Below, in pieces: positions 19,486 to 29,796 of a stretch of DNA of 64,000 nucleotides. The DNA comes from a bacterium (GTDB lineage: Bacteria > Electryoneota > JAOADG01): positions 896,001 through 960,000 of the forward strand of contig OY820579.1 in the NCBI GenBank assembly GCA_963681965.1, in the 5' to 3' direction. The translations under genes and the position numbers were made by a program. Each line of letters begins with the position of its first letter. Positions within the stretch are counted from its first letter, which is position 1. A model generated the notes under the pieces. That model ran no database searches and was not told the origin of the DNA. It worked only from the letters and a program-made list of their open reading frames with translations.

Positions 19486-20925
19486 TCAAGCGATATTCGT
19501 TTTCCGCAATCTTCGGACAACCGCTTCACGACCAATGTCGAGCACGACATCGAACAAACCCGGTCCAACCGTTCTCCCGGTCAATAACAAGCGACAGGGA
19601 TGAATATATTTGCCCGCCGCGACTTTCTCACCAGTCGCTGCGGTTTCAGCTTCGACCAATTGTCGCAATGCCGCTTCGGTTGCATCGTGCGTGAATTCCG
19701 GCAGTGCTTCAAAGGCATCGGCTAATGACGCACACCGTTCATACGCCTTGGGATCGGAAAGCTGCTTCTTGACCCCTTCGGCATCGAATTCAACCGGATC
19801 TTCCCAGCCAATTTTCGCTGCGGCGACCAATTCGTCTAGTCGACGCACACGCGATTTCCACAGTTCGATCCCGGCAAGCACTTTCGCTTCAGTCACTGTC
19901 GTGTCATTACCGATGAATGCCGTTAATCCTCCGCATTTTTCGAGCAGGAATTTCGGTTCGCTCTTACCGATGTGTTGACCGTTGAGCCAGAACAATTTCT
20001 GTAAATCGAATACTGCCGCCTTTGGCATGATTCGATCCAACGAAAACCGCTCGATCAAATCCTGCTGCGACATCACTTCGGTATCGTCGCCAGTCGACCA
20101 CCCGAGCAGCGAGAGGAAATTGATCATGGCTTCCGGTAACAATCCCATATCGCCGTAATCGCCGACTGCGGTGGCACCGTGACGTTTCGAGAGCTTTACT
20201 TTATCCGGTCCGAGGATCATCGGTAAATGACCGAATCGCGGTACTTCCCAATTCATCGCCTGATAAATGAGGATCTGCTTCGGTGTGTTCGAGACATGAT
20301 CGTCGCCGCGGAGAATTAAATTCACCCGTTGAAAATGATCGTCGGACACCACTGCCAGATTATAGATCGGTGTGCCGTCGCGGCGCAGGATCACAAAATC
20401 GTCCAATTCACTGTGATTGACTTTGATCGTACTGTGGACGACATCATCCCACTCCGTCGATCCTTCGGGTATTCGCAATCGAATTGCGAATTGCCCCGGC
20501 TCTCGCACCATCCGGTCAAGTTGCTTCACTTTCGGAACATCGCGAAAGGCGCTGCCATCAAACTTGTATTGCTTCTTTTCCGCTTGCAATGCTTCCCGTT
20601 TTGACGCTTCGACGGCGGGATCGGAAAAATCGGCATAGGCTGCTCCGCGCTCAATCAATTCGTAACATAACTCGACGTGTTCCTTGTGTCGTTTCATTTG
20701 GTAGACGATCGGTTCGTCGGGTGCCATTCCGAGCCATTTCATTCCGACCAGAATCGCCTCGACCGCTTCGGGGGTCGAGCGCTGTTGGTCGGTGTCTTCG
20801 ATGCGGAGCAGGAATTTTCCGCCGATATGACGCGCCCACAACCAGTTGAATAGTGCCGTTCGCGCACCGCCGACATGTAGATAGCCCGTAGGAGACGGGG
20901 CAAAACGAACACGTACTTCGCTCAT
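19486..20925 (-). CDS. gltX: Glutamate--tRNA ligase
   Basis: RFAPSPTGYLHVGG (HIGH), LRIEDTD, RGDDH and KLSKR motifs. Confidence 0.97.
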   Translation of the reverse strand: MSEVRVRFAPSPTGYLHVGGARTALFNWLWARHIGGKFLLRIEDTDQQRSTPEAVEAILVGMKWLGMAPDEPIVYQMKRHKEHVELCYELIERGAAYADFSDPAVEASKREALQAEKKQYKFDGSAFRDVPKVKQLDRMVREPGQFAIRLRIPEGSTEWDDVVHSTIKVNHSELDDFVILRRDGTPIYNLAVVSDDHFQRVNLILRGDDHVSNTPKQILIYQAMNWEVPRFGHLPMILGPDKVKLSKRHGATAVGDYGDMGLLPEAMINFLSLLGWSTGDDTEVMSQQDLIERFSLDRIMPKAAVFDLQKLFWLNGQHIGKSEPKFLLEKCGGLTAFIGNDTTVTEAKVLAGIELWKSRVRRLDELVAAAKIGWEDPVEFDAEGVKKQLSDPKAYERCASLADAFEALPEFTHDATEAALRQLVEAETAATGEKVAAGKYIHPCRLLLTGRTVGPGLFDVVLDIGREAVVRRLRKTNIA

Positions 20926-21019
20926 TGGTAACCTTTGAAGTGTTATCGTATCGATTGATCGGCGAGAATAAATTCTCGTCGTGTGAGTTCAAGGCAATCT
21001 GTCAATCAGGTAAACTATA

Positions 21020-21129
21020 GTATCTCTTGAAAATAAGTTGTTATCGATAGTAGGGGCGGATCCCCGCGTCCGCCCGCAGGTCAGGCGTAGCCTGACACCG
21101 AATCATGATAACTTATTTTCAAGAACCTC
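21020..21129. mobile_element. MITE-like element, copy 2
   Basis: Near-identical to 37518-37627 and to the reverse complement of 9284-9392. Confidence 0.75.
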
Positions 21130-21133
21130 AATA

Positions 21134-22603
21134 TTACAATATGGCAATTCGATTCAGAAGATAATACGCCGCGCTCCGGTCGGAAGTTCGAATTATTAAT
21201 TTATTCTCACCTGACACTAACCATGCACCGATGCGCCATTCATCGTATCCGGGAGGATCCTCGCTATCGATATTGCGCGTCGGCACGATTTCGGAAGCAA
21301 CCGTTCGCCCATTGAGTTCGACGGTAATCCGGTTTTTTCCGGAAATAGTTAGTGGATAGTTGCGACTGGTGGCGTATCCGTACAACCGCAATTTCAACGC
21401 GTTCTTCGCAACCGCTTCGGGAAGTTGAAACCGGATTTCAGCAGCGTCGGTACCGGATGGATTGCGATTGGCATAACCAAAACCAAATTCCCACGCCCAC
21501 ATATTGTTGTCGGAGAAGAATTTTTTTACCGGACCATTCGCTTCGTCGCGTACAAAACTCCCATTCACAAACACACCTGTGTTAACGGTTGCGGAATTAA
21601 CCAGTAGTTGTCCGTGGGAATCGAATGAGACACTGATCGAAACCACCGGTTCGTAAATCGCTTCGATCGAAGCCGTCGCATCCGTAGGATCGATTGCTAC
21701 TTTCCGCGGTAACGGGGTCAAATAGCCGTCAACTGGCTGGAAAGTGACGTTATAGCTACCATAGGGGATGTGTTCCAGTTGTGCCAAACCGGTACCACGT
21801 TCAATCCCGTCGATCAAAATTTTCCCGGCAATCGGACGGGTCGCAACGATTATTTTACCGAATTTTGAACCACCATCGGCAATCAGTGTGTACGCTAATT
21901 TATAGGTGCTGCCGGGGATCATCAGCGAAACAACTTGTTCCCCTTCCGCTGAACTGAAATCAGGTTTTTTCACGGAAATACGGTGCACGCCTAATTCCAG
22001 ATTCAACGTCGCCGGAGTTGTATTATTGGTCGAGTGATCGTCGACCCAGATCACAGCGCCGGGTGGAACACTGGTTACGGATACAATTGCGATTTGATGT
22101 GCGCGTGCGGCAGCATCCAAGGGCGCAGTCGTGGGGTTTAACGGTGGGAACGATTCGTCGCGTCGCGGGAGATCGGGATACTTAGTAGTGGGTTGATTCA
22201 CCACAGTGGTTGTCGGTATCGGTGGTGGAACAGTCCCCTCAAGTGGTAACAAATTGAATTTGGCAACAGTCGTCACTAAATGATCGATTTGAACACTCAG
22301 CGATTCGGGAAGTGCGGTATACCCCTCTTTTGAAACTCGGATCGAATGACGACCATTTTTTTTGGAAAGCGTCAGCGGGGTCGGTCCCGCAATCAGTCCA
22401 TCGATATAAACTTGCGCTCCATCGGGAGAAGAGACCACCGAGAGCATCCCCTCCCGGTTGAACATCGCGTAGAAAATCGCAGTGATTCCAACGAACAGGA
22501 ATACGATAATTGCAATTGTTGTCAAGATCAAACGTCGGCGTCCGATTGAAATCTCGGCTCCGACATCTTTATCAGTTAAAAATACCCAAAATCGAGACTT
22601 CAT
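21134..22603 (-). CDS. Membrane-anchored PEGA-domain protein
   Basis: N-terminal TM helix; SSPDGAQVYIDG, SVPPGAVIWVD and a third PEGA-like repeat; Pro/Thr linker. Confidence 0.85.
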   Translation of the reverse strand: MKSRFWVFLTDKDVGAEISIGRRRLILTTIAIIVFLFVGITAIFYAMFNREGMLSVVSSPDGAQVYIDGLIAGPTPLTLSKKNGRHSIRVSKEGYTALPESLSVQIDHLVTTVAKFNLLPLEGTVPPPIPTTTVVNQPTTKYPDLPRRDESFPPLNPTTAPLDAAARAHQIAIVSVTSVPPGAVIWVDDHSTNNTTPATLNLELGVHRISVKKPDFSSAEGEQVVSLMIPGSTYKLAYTLIADGGSKFGKIIVATRPIAGKILIDGIERGTGLAQLEHIPYGSYNVTFQPVDGYLTPLPRKVAIDPTDATASIEAIYEPVVSISVSFDSHGQLLVNSATVNTGVFVNGSFVRDEANGPVKKFFSDNNMWAWEFGFGYANRNPSGTDAAEIRFQLPEAVAKNALKLRLYGYATSRNYPLTISGKNRITVELNGRTVASEIVPTRNIDSEDPPGYDEWRIGAWLVSGENKLIIRTSDRSAAYYLLNRIAIL

Positions 22604-23204
22604 ATCGTATACCTGTCATCCAATCGCAGTGTGAAGTGTATGTAAAAACCGGGTGAACCGTGTTGCGCGGTGTGATCGCAACAACGATTGTCGCAGCACC
22701 GAGAAATGCCAATGCCAGACCAATTCCGCGCTGTTGTTCGCCTAGTTTCCGTTCGTGGGAAGGGTCGTTCCCCTCGGATTCGAGTCGATCCGCTTTGTTG
22801 AAATGATCTTTCGATTTATTGATTTCAAAAATTCCGGTTGCCACCGCGGCAATGCCGGGATAGACCCAATCAATATAGGGTCGAGTTTTTCGATATTCCA
22901 TTTTGACCGGAGCAATGCCCGGGGCGGTATTAACCGCCTTGTCACCCGGCATTGGTACAATATCCGACCGGGGTAGCGAACTGCGATCCGGTAACAGAAT
23001 ATCCAGCAGTTGACTCCAAGCGTAACAGCGTTCGATTTCGCTGGCGCGAGTTACCACCGAATCGCCCCGATAAAATACCGTGTCGGCTTCGAACGGAACT
23101 CCCTGAACTGGATATACGATATAGGCTGCGAATGCATTTACCGCGACTAACATCAGTGGAAGCGTCAAAGTAAATATTAGTATTCGGTCTCTTCGAGGTG
23201 TCAT
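22572..23204 (-). CDS. Hypothetical membrane protein (alternative start 23249)
   Basis: Signal-like N-terminus and two C-terminal hydrophobic segments; overlaps the start of the PEGA gene. Confidence 0.6.
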   Translation of the reverse strand: MTPRRDRILIFTLTLPLMLVAVNAFAAYIVYPVQGVPFEADTVFYRGDSVVTRASEIERCYAWSQLLDILLPDRSSLPRSDIVPMPGDKAVNTAPGIAPVKMEYRKTRPYIDWVYPGIAAVATGIFEINKSKDHFNKADRLESEGNDPSHERKLGEQQRGIGLALAFLGAATIVVAITPRNTVHPVFTYTSHCDWMTGIRYEVSILGIFN

Positions 23205-23429
23205 AGGTAAAAGATAATTCTCGCTAGTGTTAGGTGCAATTACGCCCATTCGCTATAAACAAATACGAGGGAACAATATAATATGTCTAGATCGCTGTTA
23301 ATTTTTGACCTAATTATCAGACAGAGAAATCAGGAATTGGTTTGAAATGCACGATTCGGCAGGTAGTGTTGCGATTTTTCGCAAGCAACATTACCTTTCC
23401 GACTTAATACAGGAAAGGTCGAGGTTTAC

Positions 23430-23645
23430 ATGAATAATGAACTACCGCCGGATGCCAGCCCGGTTGAAGCACTGCAATGGGCATTGCAACACGAAATCGA
23501 TGCGGAGCGCATTTACAAGGCACTCTCACTGCGGATGGAAAATCCTGCGACGCAACGAATGTTTCTCGAATTATCCACCGAAGAAGCCAAGCACAAACTG
23601 TTGCTGCAAGCGGAACTAGATCGATATCTGTTTCAGGAGAACTAA
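23430..23645 (+). CDS. Mini ferritin/rubrerythrin-like protein (one helix pair)
   Basis: ALQHEIDAERIY...FLELSTEEAKH, i.e. an E...ExxH pattern; GAGG RBS. Confidence 0.75.
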   Translation: MNNELPPDASPVEALQWALQHEIDAERIYKALSLRMENPATQRMFLELSTEEAKHKLLLQAELDRYLFQEN

Positions 23646-23646
23646 C

Positions 23647-24660
23647 GTGACCAGCGATCAAAATCACAACGGCATTCCGGAAGTGGATGTCGCGATCGTC
23701 GGCGCCGGTCCGGTGGGATTGTATGCGGCATTTTACGCCGGCCTGCGCGGTATGAAAACCATCGTGTTCGACAGCATGGGTCAAACCGGCGGGCAATTGC
23801 AAGCGCTCTATCCGAAAAAGAAGATTTACGATGTTCCCGGATTTCCCGCGATTGCCGCCGAAGAATTGGTTGCGAATCTGCGTACGCAAGCCGAACGGTA
23901 TCAGCCTGCGATCATGTTGAGCACCCGGGTGAATAACCTGATCAAGGAAGAAAACCGGTTCGTGCTGGTCACTGACGACGGCAATCATTATGCGAAGAGT
24001 GTCGTGATCGCCGCCGGTCTCGGTGCGTTTTTACCGCGCAAACTCGATTTGAAAGATGCCGTCGAGCTGGAAAACCGCGGCGTTCACTATGTCATTCACG
24101 ATCCCGAGCAATTTTACGGCAAACGGATTCTGGTGATTGGTGGCGGCGATTCCGCCGTCGATTGGGGCTTGACACTCGCACCGCATGCCAAGGAACTGAC
24201 CCTGATCCACCTGATGAAAAAGTTTCAGGCACACGAGATGAATGTTGCCGAACTGCAGAAGACCAATGCGCGGGTCAAAGTGGAATATCAACTCCGCGCG
24301 ATCGAAGGCGAGGAGCATGTCGAGGCGGCAACGATCGTCAACAATGTCACCGGCGAAGAAGAGACTTTCCCGGTCGATGCGATTCTCTGCTTCATCGGTT
24401 TCCTGACGAACCTCGGTCCGATCAAGGAGTGGGGATTCGAGATCAAGGGGAACGGTATTGTCGTCGATTTCGATATGTCGACCAATATTCCCGGTGTCTT
24501 TGCGGCGGGCGATATTGTGTTCCATCCGGGGAAGATCCGGTTGATCTCGACCGGTTTCAGCGAAGCGGCGATTGCGGTGAATAACGCCAAGCACTACATC
24601 AATCCTGCGGAAAAGATTCAGCCCGGTCACTCTTCGAATATGAAAGAGAAGGCGAGCTAA
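23647..24660 (+). CDS. TrxB-type ferredoxin/flavodoxin--NADP+ reductase (YumC-like)
   Basis: GAGPVG, GGQLQALYPKKKIYDVPGF, GGGDSAVDW and C-terminal PGHSS; no CxxC. Confidence 0.9.
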   Translation: MTSDQNHNGIPEVDVAIVGAGPVGLYAAFYAGLRGMKTIVFDSMGQTGGQLQALYPKKKIYDVPGFPAIAAEELVANLRTQAERYQPAIMLSTRVNNLIKEENRFVLVTDDGNHYAKSVVIAAGLGAFLPRKLDLKDAVELENRGVHYVIHDPEQFYGKRILVIGGGDSAVDWGLTLAPHAKELTLIHLMKKFQAHEMNVAELQKTNARVKVEYQLRAIEGEEHVEAATIVNNVTGEEETFPVDAILCFIGFLTNLGPIKEWGFEIKGNGIVVDFDMSTNIPGVFAAGDIVFHPGKIRLISTGFSEAAIAVNNAKHYINPAEKIQPGHSSNMKEKAS

Positions 24661-24689
24661 CGAGGTTAGGATTGTCGATTTACGATCAG

Positions 24690-24720
24690 ACGGGTGGATA
24701 ATGTGTCCACCCGTTTTTTT
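24690..24720 (+). terminator. Intrinsic terminator
   Basis: ACGGGTGGA...TCCACCCGT followed by TTTTTT. Confidence 0.7.
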
Positions 24721-24790
24721 GTTTTCCCGCTTTTGTTTATCGTGAAATACCCCGGAAATTGAATATATTGTTGAATGATATGATGAGGAA

Positions 24791-26845
24791 ATGATGTACC
24801 GTACAAAGTGGATTGTCGTAATCATCGGGATACTCTTCGCTACCTTCGGTTGGTCGCAACCGGTGATGCACTCGCTGGGTGGACCGGTGGGTGGAAATGT
24901 AACTGCGTTTGCAATTTGTCCAGTCGACAATTCGATTTATACCGGATGTTCGAGTGCGGGCGTTTTTCGTTCGCTGGATTCCGGATTGACTTGGCAGGAC
25001 TGCGGCATTACCAACGAGCAATACGATATCATGGTTATACCCGATACAAATGTCATTGTGTACTTGAATCAAAGTCAGATTTGTCGCTTTAATACGACTA
25101 CCCACATTCTACGCACCTTCGACTACGATCAAACTGCACTTGTCTTGGATTCGAATCGCATTTTCACTGGTAGCAGACAAAATGGTGTACAGGAATTTAT
25201 CACTTATGGCTTGATCCCCCGCAATGTCGGATTACCGGCGAATGCCCGTATCACGGCACTGGCATCCGATGGTCATGGTCGATTGATTGCAGGCGTTTCC
25301 AATCAGGGTTTGTATCGCTCGCTGGATACCGGTCTCTCGTGGCAATCCACCACATTCAATTCCAACACTTTCATCAGTGCTCAGATTTATCACGATACAA
25401 TCTACGCCAGTACGATGGATGCGATCTACGAATCGGTCGATTTCGGGAACAATTGGATTACACTATACAATGAAATCGGAAGCTTCCCCAAATTAAAATT
25501 ATCGCCTGGCGGTCGGTTATTTGCCAGTTCCGGTTTTATTTATCAAATCGACACTGTGACTCATTCTGCTCAAACGATAATGCCATATGCTGTCAGTGAT
25601 TTTATCGCAATTTCCGATAGTTCAATTCTAGCTGGACAATTTTTCCAAGGTGTAAACCGAACTACCGATTTGGGAATGAATTGGTCGTATCACAATGCTG
25701 GACTCGTCGCCTCAGCCCCGCTTAATTTGTTGTATTACAATCATCAATTGTTGGTCGGATTGTTGTGGGATTACACTTCTCGCTGGAGTGCCGATAGCGG
25801 TTGGAACACCTGTAATACGGGATCATTCAAATGTATGATCGCGCTAGGCAACCGAATTATTGCGGGAAGAAATCCGGGAATTGTGTATTCCGACGATGGA
25901 AACCTTTGGGTGGAATCGCGAATTGACAATAGTGGAACGATTAATTCGATTGTTGCCATCGATTCAATGACATTAATGGCTGGTACTTATAACACAGGCA
26001 CTTATATATCGACGGATCGTGGTGCTAACTGGACGCAAACGACCCCGGTTCTACCGAATATTAAAGCTTTGGTAACCACAGTTACGGGAATAATTTATGC
26101 CGGTACTGAAAATGGACTGTATCGCTCTCCCGATCTAGGTCAATCGTGGACATTGATCTATCCCGCCGATACCGGATATTTGATTCGGATGGACAATGGC
26201 TATCTTTTTGCCGGGAATGGATCCTATTCAAGCGATTACGGACTGAAACGATCGACGGACAACGGTGCAACATGGTCGTATGTGACATCCTTTCGCAGAC
26301 CTGGGATGGGTTGTTTTGCGAAAGATCGGTACGATAATCTGTATTTAGGTGTAGGTACAGACAATTCCGTTCTTCACAATGAATTTATTTATAAATCAAC
26401 CAATTACGGTACATCCTGGACTCGGATCCCTGCAGTAACACCTTACAACCAAGTCAATCAAAATGTTAATGCTTTGGCGTTTGACGACGATGGGTATATT
26501 TATGCTGCAGTGTCTGGTTTAGGTGTCTATCGCAGTTCGGAGTCGGTCGTTTCGGTTTCCGAGGATGACATCGTCATGCTTCCCACCAATCCGGGATTAG
26601 CAGCTTATCCCAATCCCACCAACGGTTCGGTCACCATTCGTACCAGCTTTTCCTTACCGACCAAGTACACACTCTCCGTTTACAATTCGTTGGGGCAATT
26701 GGTTTGTACCCCTCCTCATTCATCCTTACCGGGATTGGGGAATACCATTCATCTCCCACTGGATCAGCTATCCAGCGGCACTTACTTCATACAAATGCAA
26801 ACACCTTCCGGTAACTATACGAAGAGAGTACAACTACTGAAGTAA
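24791..26845 (+). CDS. T9SS cargo, BNR/Asp-box beta-propeller protein
   Basis: Many SxDxGxxW repeats; C-terminus AYPNPTN..VYNSLGQ..LSSGTYFI..KRVQLLK. Confidence 0.88.
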   Translation: MMYRTKWIVVIIGILFATFGWSQPVMHSLGGPVGGNVTAFAICPVDNSIYTGCSSAGVFRSLDSGLTWQDCGITNEQYDIMVIPDTNVIVYLNQSQICRFNTTTHILRTFDYDQTALVLDSNRIFTGSRQNGVQEFITYGLIPRNVGLPANARITALASDGHGRLIAGVSNQGLYRSLDTGLSWQSTTFNSNTFISAQIYHDTIYASTMDAIYESVDFGNNWITLYNEIGSFPKLKLSPGGRLFASSGFIYQIDTVTHSAQTIMPYAVSDFIAISDSSILAGQFFQGVNRTTDLGMNWSYHNAGLVASAPLNLLYYNHQLLVGLLWDYTSRWSADSGWNTCNTGSFKCMIALGNRIIAGRNPGIVYSDDGNLWVESRIDNSGTINSIVAIDSMTLMAGTYNTGTYISTDRGANWTQTTPVLPNIKALVTTVTGIIYAGTENGLYRSPDLGQSWTLIYPADTGYLIRMDNGYLFAGNGSYSSDYGLKRSTDNGATWSYVTSFRRPGMGCFAKDRYDNLYLGVGTDNSVLHNEFIYKSTNYGTSWTRIPAVTPYNQVNQNVNALAFDDDGYIYAAVSGLGVYRSSESVVSVSEDDIVMLPTNPGLAAYPNPTNGSVTIRTSFSLPTKYTLSVYNSLGQLVCTPPHSSLPGLGNTIHLPLDQLSSGTYFIQMQTPSGNYTKRVQLLK

Positions 26846-26961
26846 AGATCGACAATCAACAAACTTTTTCCGAACCACGACCGTCCATGCAAGCGCTCGC
26901 CCCCGCTTTCGAGGTTCAACTTAAAAGCATATATTCAATGGGTATTCAATAGGGACGACAC

Positions 26962-28479
26962 ATGGATCACGGCAGCCTTCCTTTCTTGTTTCCGAATCAT
27001 CGCTTGGTATCGCTGGAGCGACCGGAACGGTCGCATTCCTACGAATCGCACGACCTTGCCGAAGAGAAGGCGTTTGTCGATTATTTCCGCAATCGGGTCC
27101 TTGGCTGCAATCATACGATCGATACCGCATTGGGCATACAACCGTTGCGATACTTTGATTTCACAGCTTCCGGACGTTTTCATGCCGATATCGAAGACGA
27201 ATTGAATGAAGCGATATTGCCCTATATGGCGAATACCCACAGCGAAACCAGCGCCACTGCCCGAATTATCACCGGTTATTATCACAAGGCATTCGTTCGC
27301 ATGGCGGAATATCTCCACGCCTCCGAAGAATACGTCCTGATTCCGGTCGGCAGCGGATCGACCGGAGCCATCAACCGCCTGATCAATGTATTGGGTTTGC
27401 GGCTTCCCGAATGGTGTCCCAAGCAATTTACCGGTAAACCGCCGCTCGTGATTCGATCGCGGATGGAACATCACTCGAACGATATTTCCTGGCGCGAAAC
27501 AATTGCAGAAACGGTATTCACCGACTTCAACGAAACCGGTACCGTCGATCTCAATCACCTCGAAGCGATTTTAAAAGAGCATTCCGGCACGCGCGCGATC
27601 TACGGAACTTTCAGTGCCGCATCCAATGTAACCGGTATCCGCAACGATGTCGACGCTATCGCTCGAATCCTGCACCAATACAACGCCTTTGCCTTCTTCG
27701 ATTATGCCGCAGCCGCACCCCATGCGGAAATTGTCATGAGTCCTTCGGGCGACGATGCGGCTCGGAAAGACGCGGTTTTCCTGTCGACCCATAAATTGAT
27801 CGGTGGTCCGCGTACGCCCGGTTTGTTAGTAGCACATAAATCGATGTTCCAAAATCCGGTACCGATCGAACCGGGTGGCGGCACTGTGCTCTATACTTCG
27901 CCGTGGGACCATCGCTATCTGCCGGATATTTTTTCGCGCGAGACCGGTGGTACACCGCCGATCGTGCAATCGATCCAAGCCGGATTGGTGTTCGATTTAA
28001 AGGCGCGAATCGGGTGCGAGCGGATCGAGCGGTTGGAACAGGATTACCTGAAGCGCGCAGTCGCGCGCTGGCGCAATAACCCGAATTTACTGCTACTCGG
28101 CAATCTGGATATCCCGCGGGTCGGAATTGTCTCGCTCGTGTTCAAGGGGCTGCATCACGAATTGGTGGTAGCGATGCTGAACGATTACTACGGCATTCAG
28201 GTTCGCGGTGGCTGCATGTGTGCTGGAACGTACGGACACGCGTTGCTGCAGATCGACAAAATGCACAGCGACTTCATTCGGCACAATATTCTCGATCACG
28301 GTCGAACCGCGGGGAAACCTGGCTGGGTGCGAATTTCACTTGGTGCGACAGTGCGCGAATCGGAATTTCAGGCGCTATTGGAAGCCGTCGATTTCGTGGC
28401 AAGTGAGGGGAAGCATCTGGAACGCGAATACGAATATCACGAAGAGAGCAATAGCTGGAAGCATCGCGCGACGATCTAA
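26962..28479 (+). CDS. Class V PLP enzyme (cysteine desulfurase/selenocysteine lyase-like)
   Basis: YFDFTASGR, MEHHSN, ASNVTG, STHK (PLP Lys) and RGGCMCAG. Confidence 0.88.
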   Translation: MDHGSLPFLFPNHRLVSLERPERSHSYESHDLAEEKAFVDYFRNRVLGCNHTIDTALGIQPLRYFDFTASGRFHADIEDELNEAILPYMANTHSETSATARIITGYYHKAFVRMAEYLHASEEYVLIPVGSGSTGAINRLINVLGLRLPEWCPKQFTGKPPLVIRSRMEHHSNDISWRETIAETVFTDFNETGTVDLNHLEAILKEHSGTRAIYGTFSAASNVTGIRNDVDAIARILHQYNAFAFFDYAAAAPHAEIVMSPSGDDAARKDAVFLSTHKLIGGPRTPGLLVAHKSMFQNPVPIEPGGGTVLYTSPWDHRYLPDIFSRETGGTPPIVQSIQAGLVFDLKARIGCERIERLEQDYLKRAVARWRNNPNLLLLGNLDIPRVGIVSLVFKGLHHELVVAMLNDYYGIQVRGGCMCAGTYGHALLQIDKMHSDFIRHNILDHGRTAGKPGWVRISLGATVRESEFQALLEAVDFVASEGKHLEREYEYHEESNSWKHRATI

Positions 28480-28536
28480 TGATGATGTATTCGAGTTGAT
28501 TGAATTGCAGCTTCAGGTAGATAAAACGAAGTAAAT

Positions 28537-29700
28537 TTAGTTGCTTTTTTCGGCAACGCGGTCGACTTTCCACGTGCTTTTCGGAACGATGAACAACGAC
28601 TTGATCACTCCCACAATCGCGGCGAAATAAATCAGATTCACATAGAACGGCAGACCGAACACACCCAATTTCAGGCGTGCTTTACTGGCAATTGCGCCGA
28701 TGAACGTCAATCCGTAAAACGCAACTTGGAGATAAAACAGCACCACATAGAGTTCGCCCTGATCCTGCAACAGGTACGATAGCGGGAACAGCGGCCAGAG
28801 CCAAATTCCACTCAACCACCGCAGTACTTTATGCACCAATAATTGCATCGCAATAACGGGATAGCGAAACGGATTTAGTAAATACGCCACCGACCGCAGT
28901 GAATAGGCGACCTGATAAACAATCCGAACTTTTCGTTTGTATTCGGTCGCATGGACTTTCGATCCTTGCGCTAGTGCCATCGCAGTCGGTTCGAATAAAA
29001 CGTGTTGTCCTTTTGCCCGCACAAGAATTTGCATTAACAAGTCGTGGGCTTGATCGGACGGCAACTCCGGATGATCGGAACGACGGCAGGCAAACAGCTC
29101 GCCGACCCCGCCCACCAGTGAATTGTAGGCACGGCTTTCGGCATACCGGATTAAATTTTCGGAGCGCCAGTAGATGCCCTCTTGCTCCGAACCCATGTAT
29201 TGTTCGCCCTTGCCGTACACTGCATTGCCGCAGACCAGACCAACTTTCGGATCGGAAAAGTAAGTAACCAGACGCTTCACGGAAGAACGCTCGAGAATCG
29301 GATCGGCATCGGTGAAGATGATGATTTCACCGGTAGTCGCAGCTACCGCTCGAATCAATGCCTGCGTTTTTCCTTGACGGGGAGCTGCCAACAGCTTGAC
29401 ACGGGGATCGGTTACCGACGCAACAATCTCATTCGTACGGTCGTCGGAGCCATCGGAGACGACAACGATTTCCATTAATTCCGGGGGATAGTCGAGCTTC
29501 ATCAAGTTTTCTAGTTTCGACAGGATCACCGCTTCTTCGTTGTGGGCGGCAATCAGGATGGTCACAGTCTGCCACTGTTCAGGCGGCAACCGTCGTCGTT
29601 GCGGGCGTACGGAAGCTATAGCCAGAGTCAGTAATGGATATCCGAGATAGATAGCCAATAAGATACTAGCGAGTGTCCAAAAGAGAGCTTCCAGTGACAT
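28537..29700 (-). CDS. GT2 glycosyltransferase, membrane-bound
   Basis: AAHNEE, SDGSDD, GKTQAL and FTDAD motifs; C-terminal TM helices. Confidence 0.9.
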   Translation of the reverse strand: MSLEALFWTLASILLAIYLGYPLLTLAIASVRPQRRRLPPEQWQTVTILIAAHNEEAVILSKLENLMKLDYPPELMEIVVVSDGSDDRTNEIVASVTDPRVKLLAAPRQGKTQALIRAVAATTGEIIIFTDADPILERSSVKRLVTYFSDPKVGLVCGNAVYGKGEQYMGSEQEGIYWRSENLIRYAESRAYNSLVGGVGELFACRRSDHPELPSDQAHDLLMQILVRAKGQHVLFEPTAMALAQGSKVHATEYKRKVRIVYQVAYSLRSVAYLLNPFRYPVIAMQLLVHKVLRWLSGIWLWPLFPLSYLLQDQGELYVVLFYLQVAFYGLTFIGAIASKARLKLGVFGLPFYVNLIYFAAIVGVIKSLFIVPKSTWKVDRVAEKSN

Positions 29701-29796
29701 CGAAATCCTTGAAGGGTGTTTGCTCGACTTGTAAGCGTACTAATGTAATGGTCGCGTAGCGAATCAAAAAAACTACGCACGCAAAAAAAACTTCGA

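Noticed and set aside
23404-24930. Long antisense ORFs 23404-23988 and 24031-24930
   Set aside because: Mirror frames of the well-supported FNR gene.
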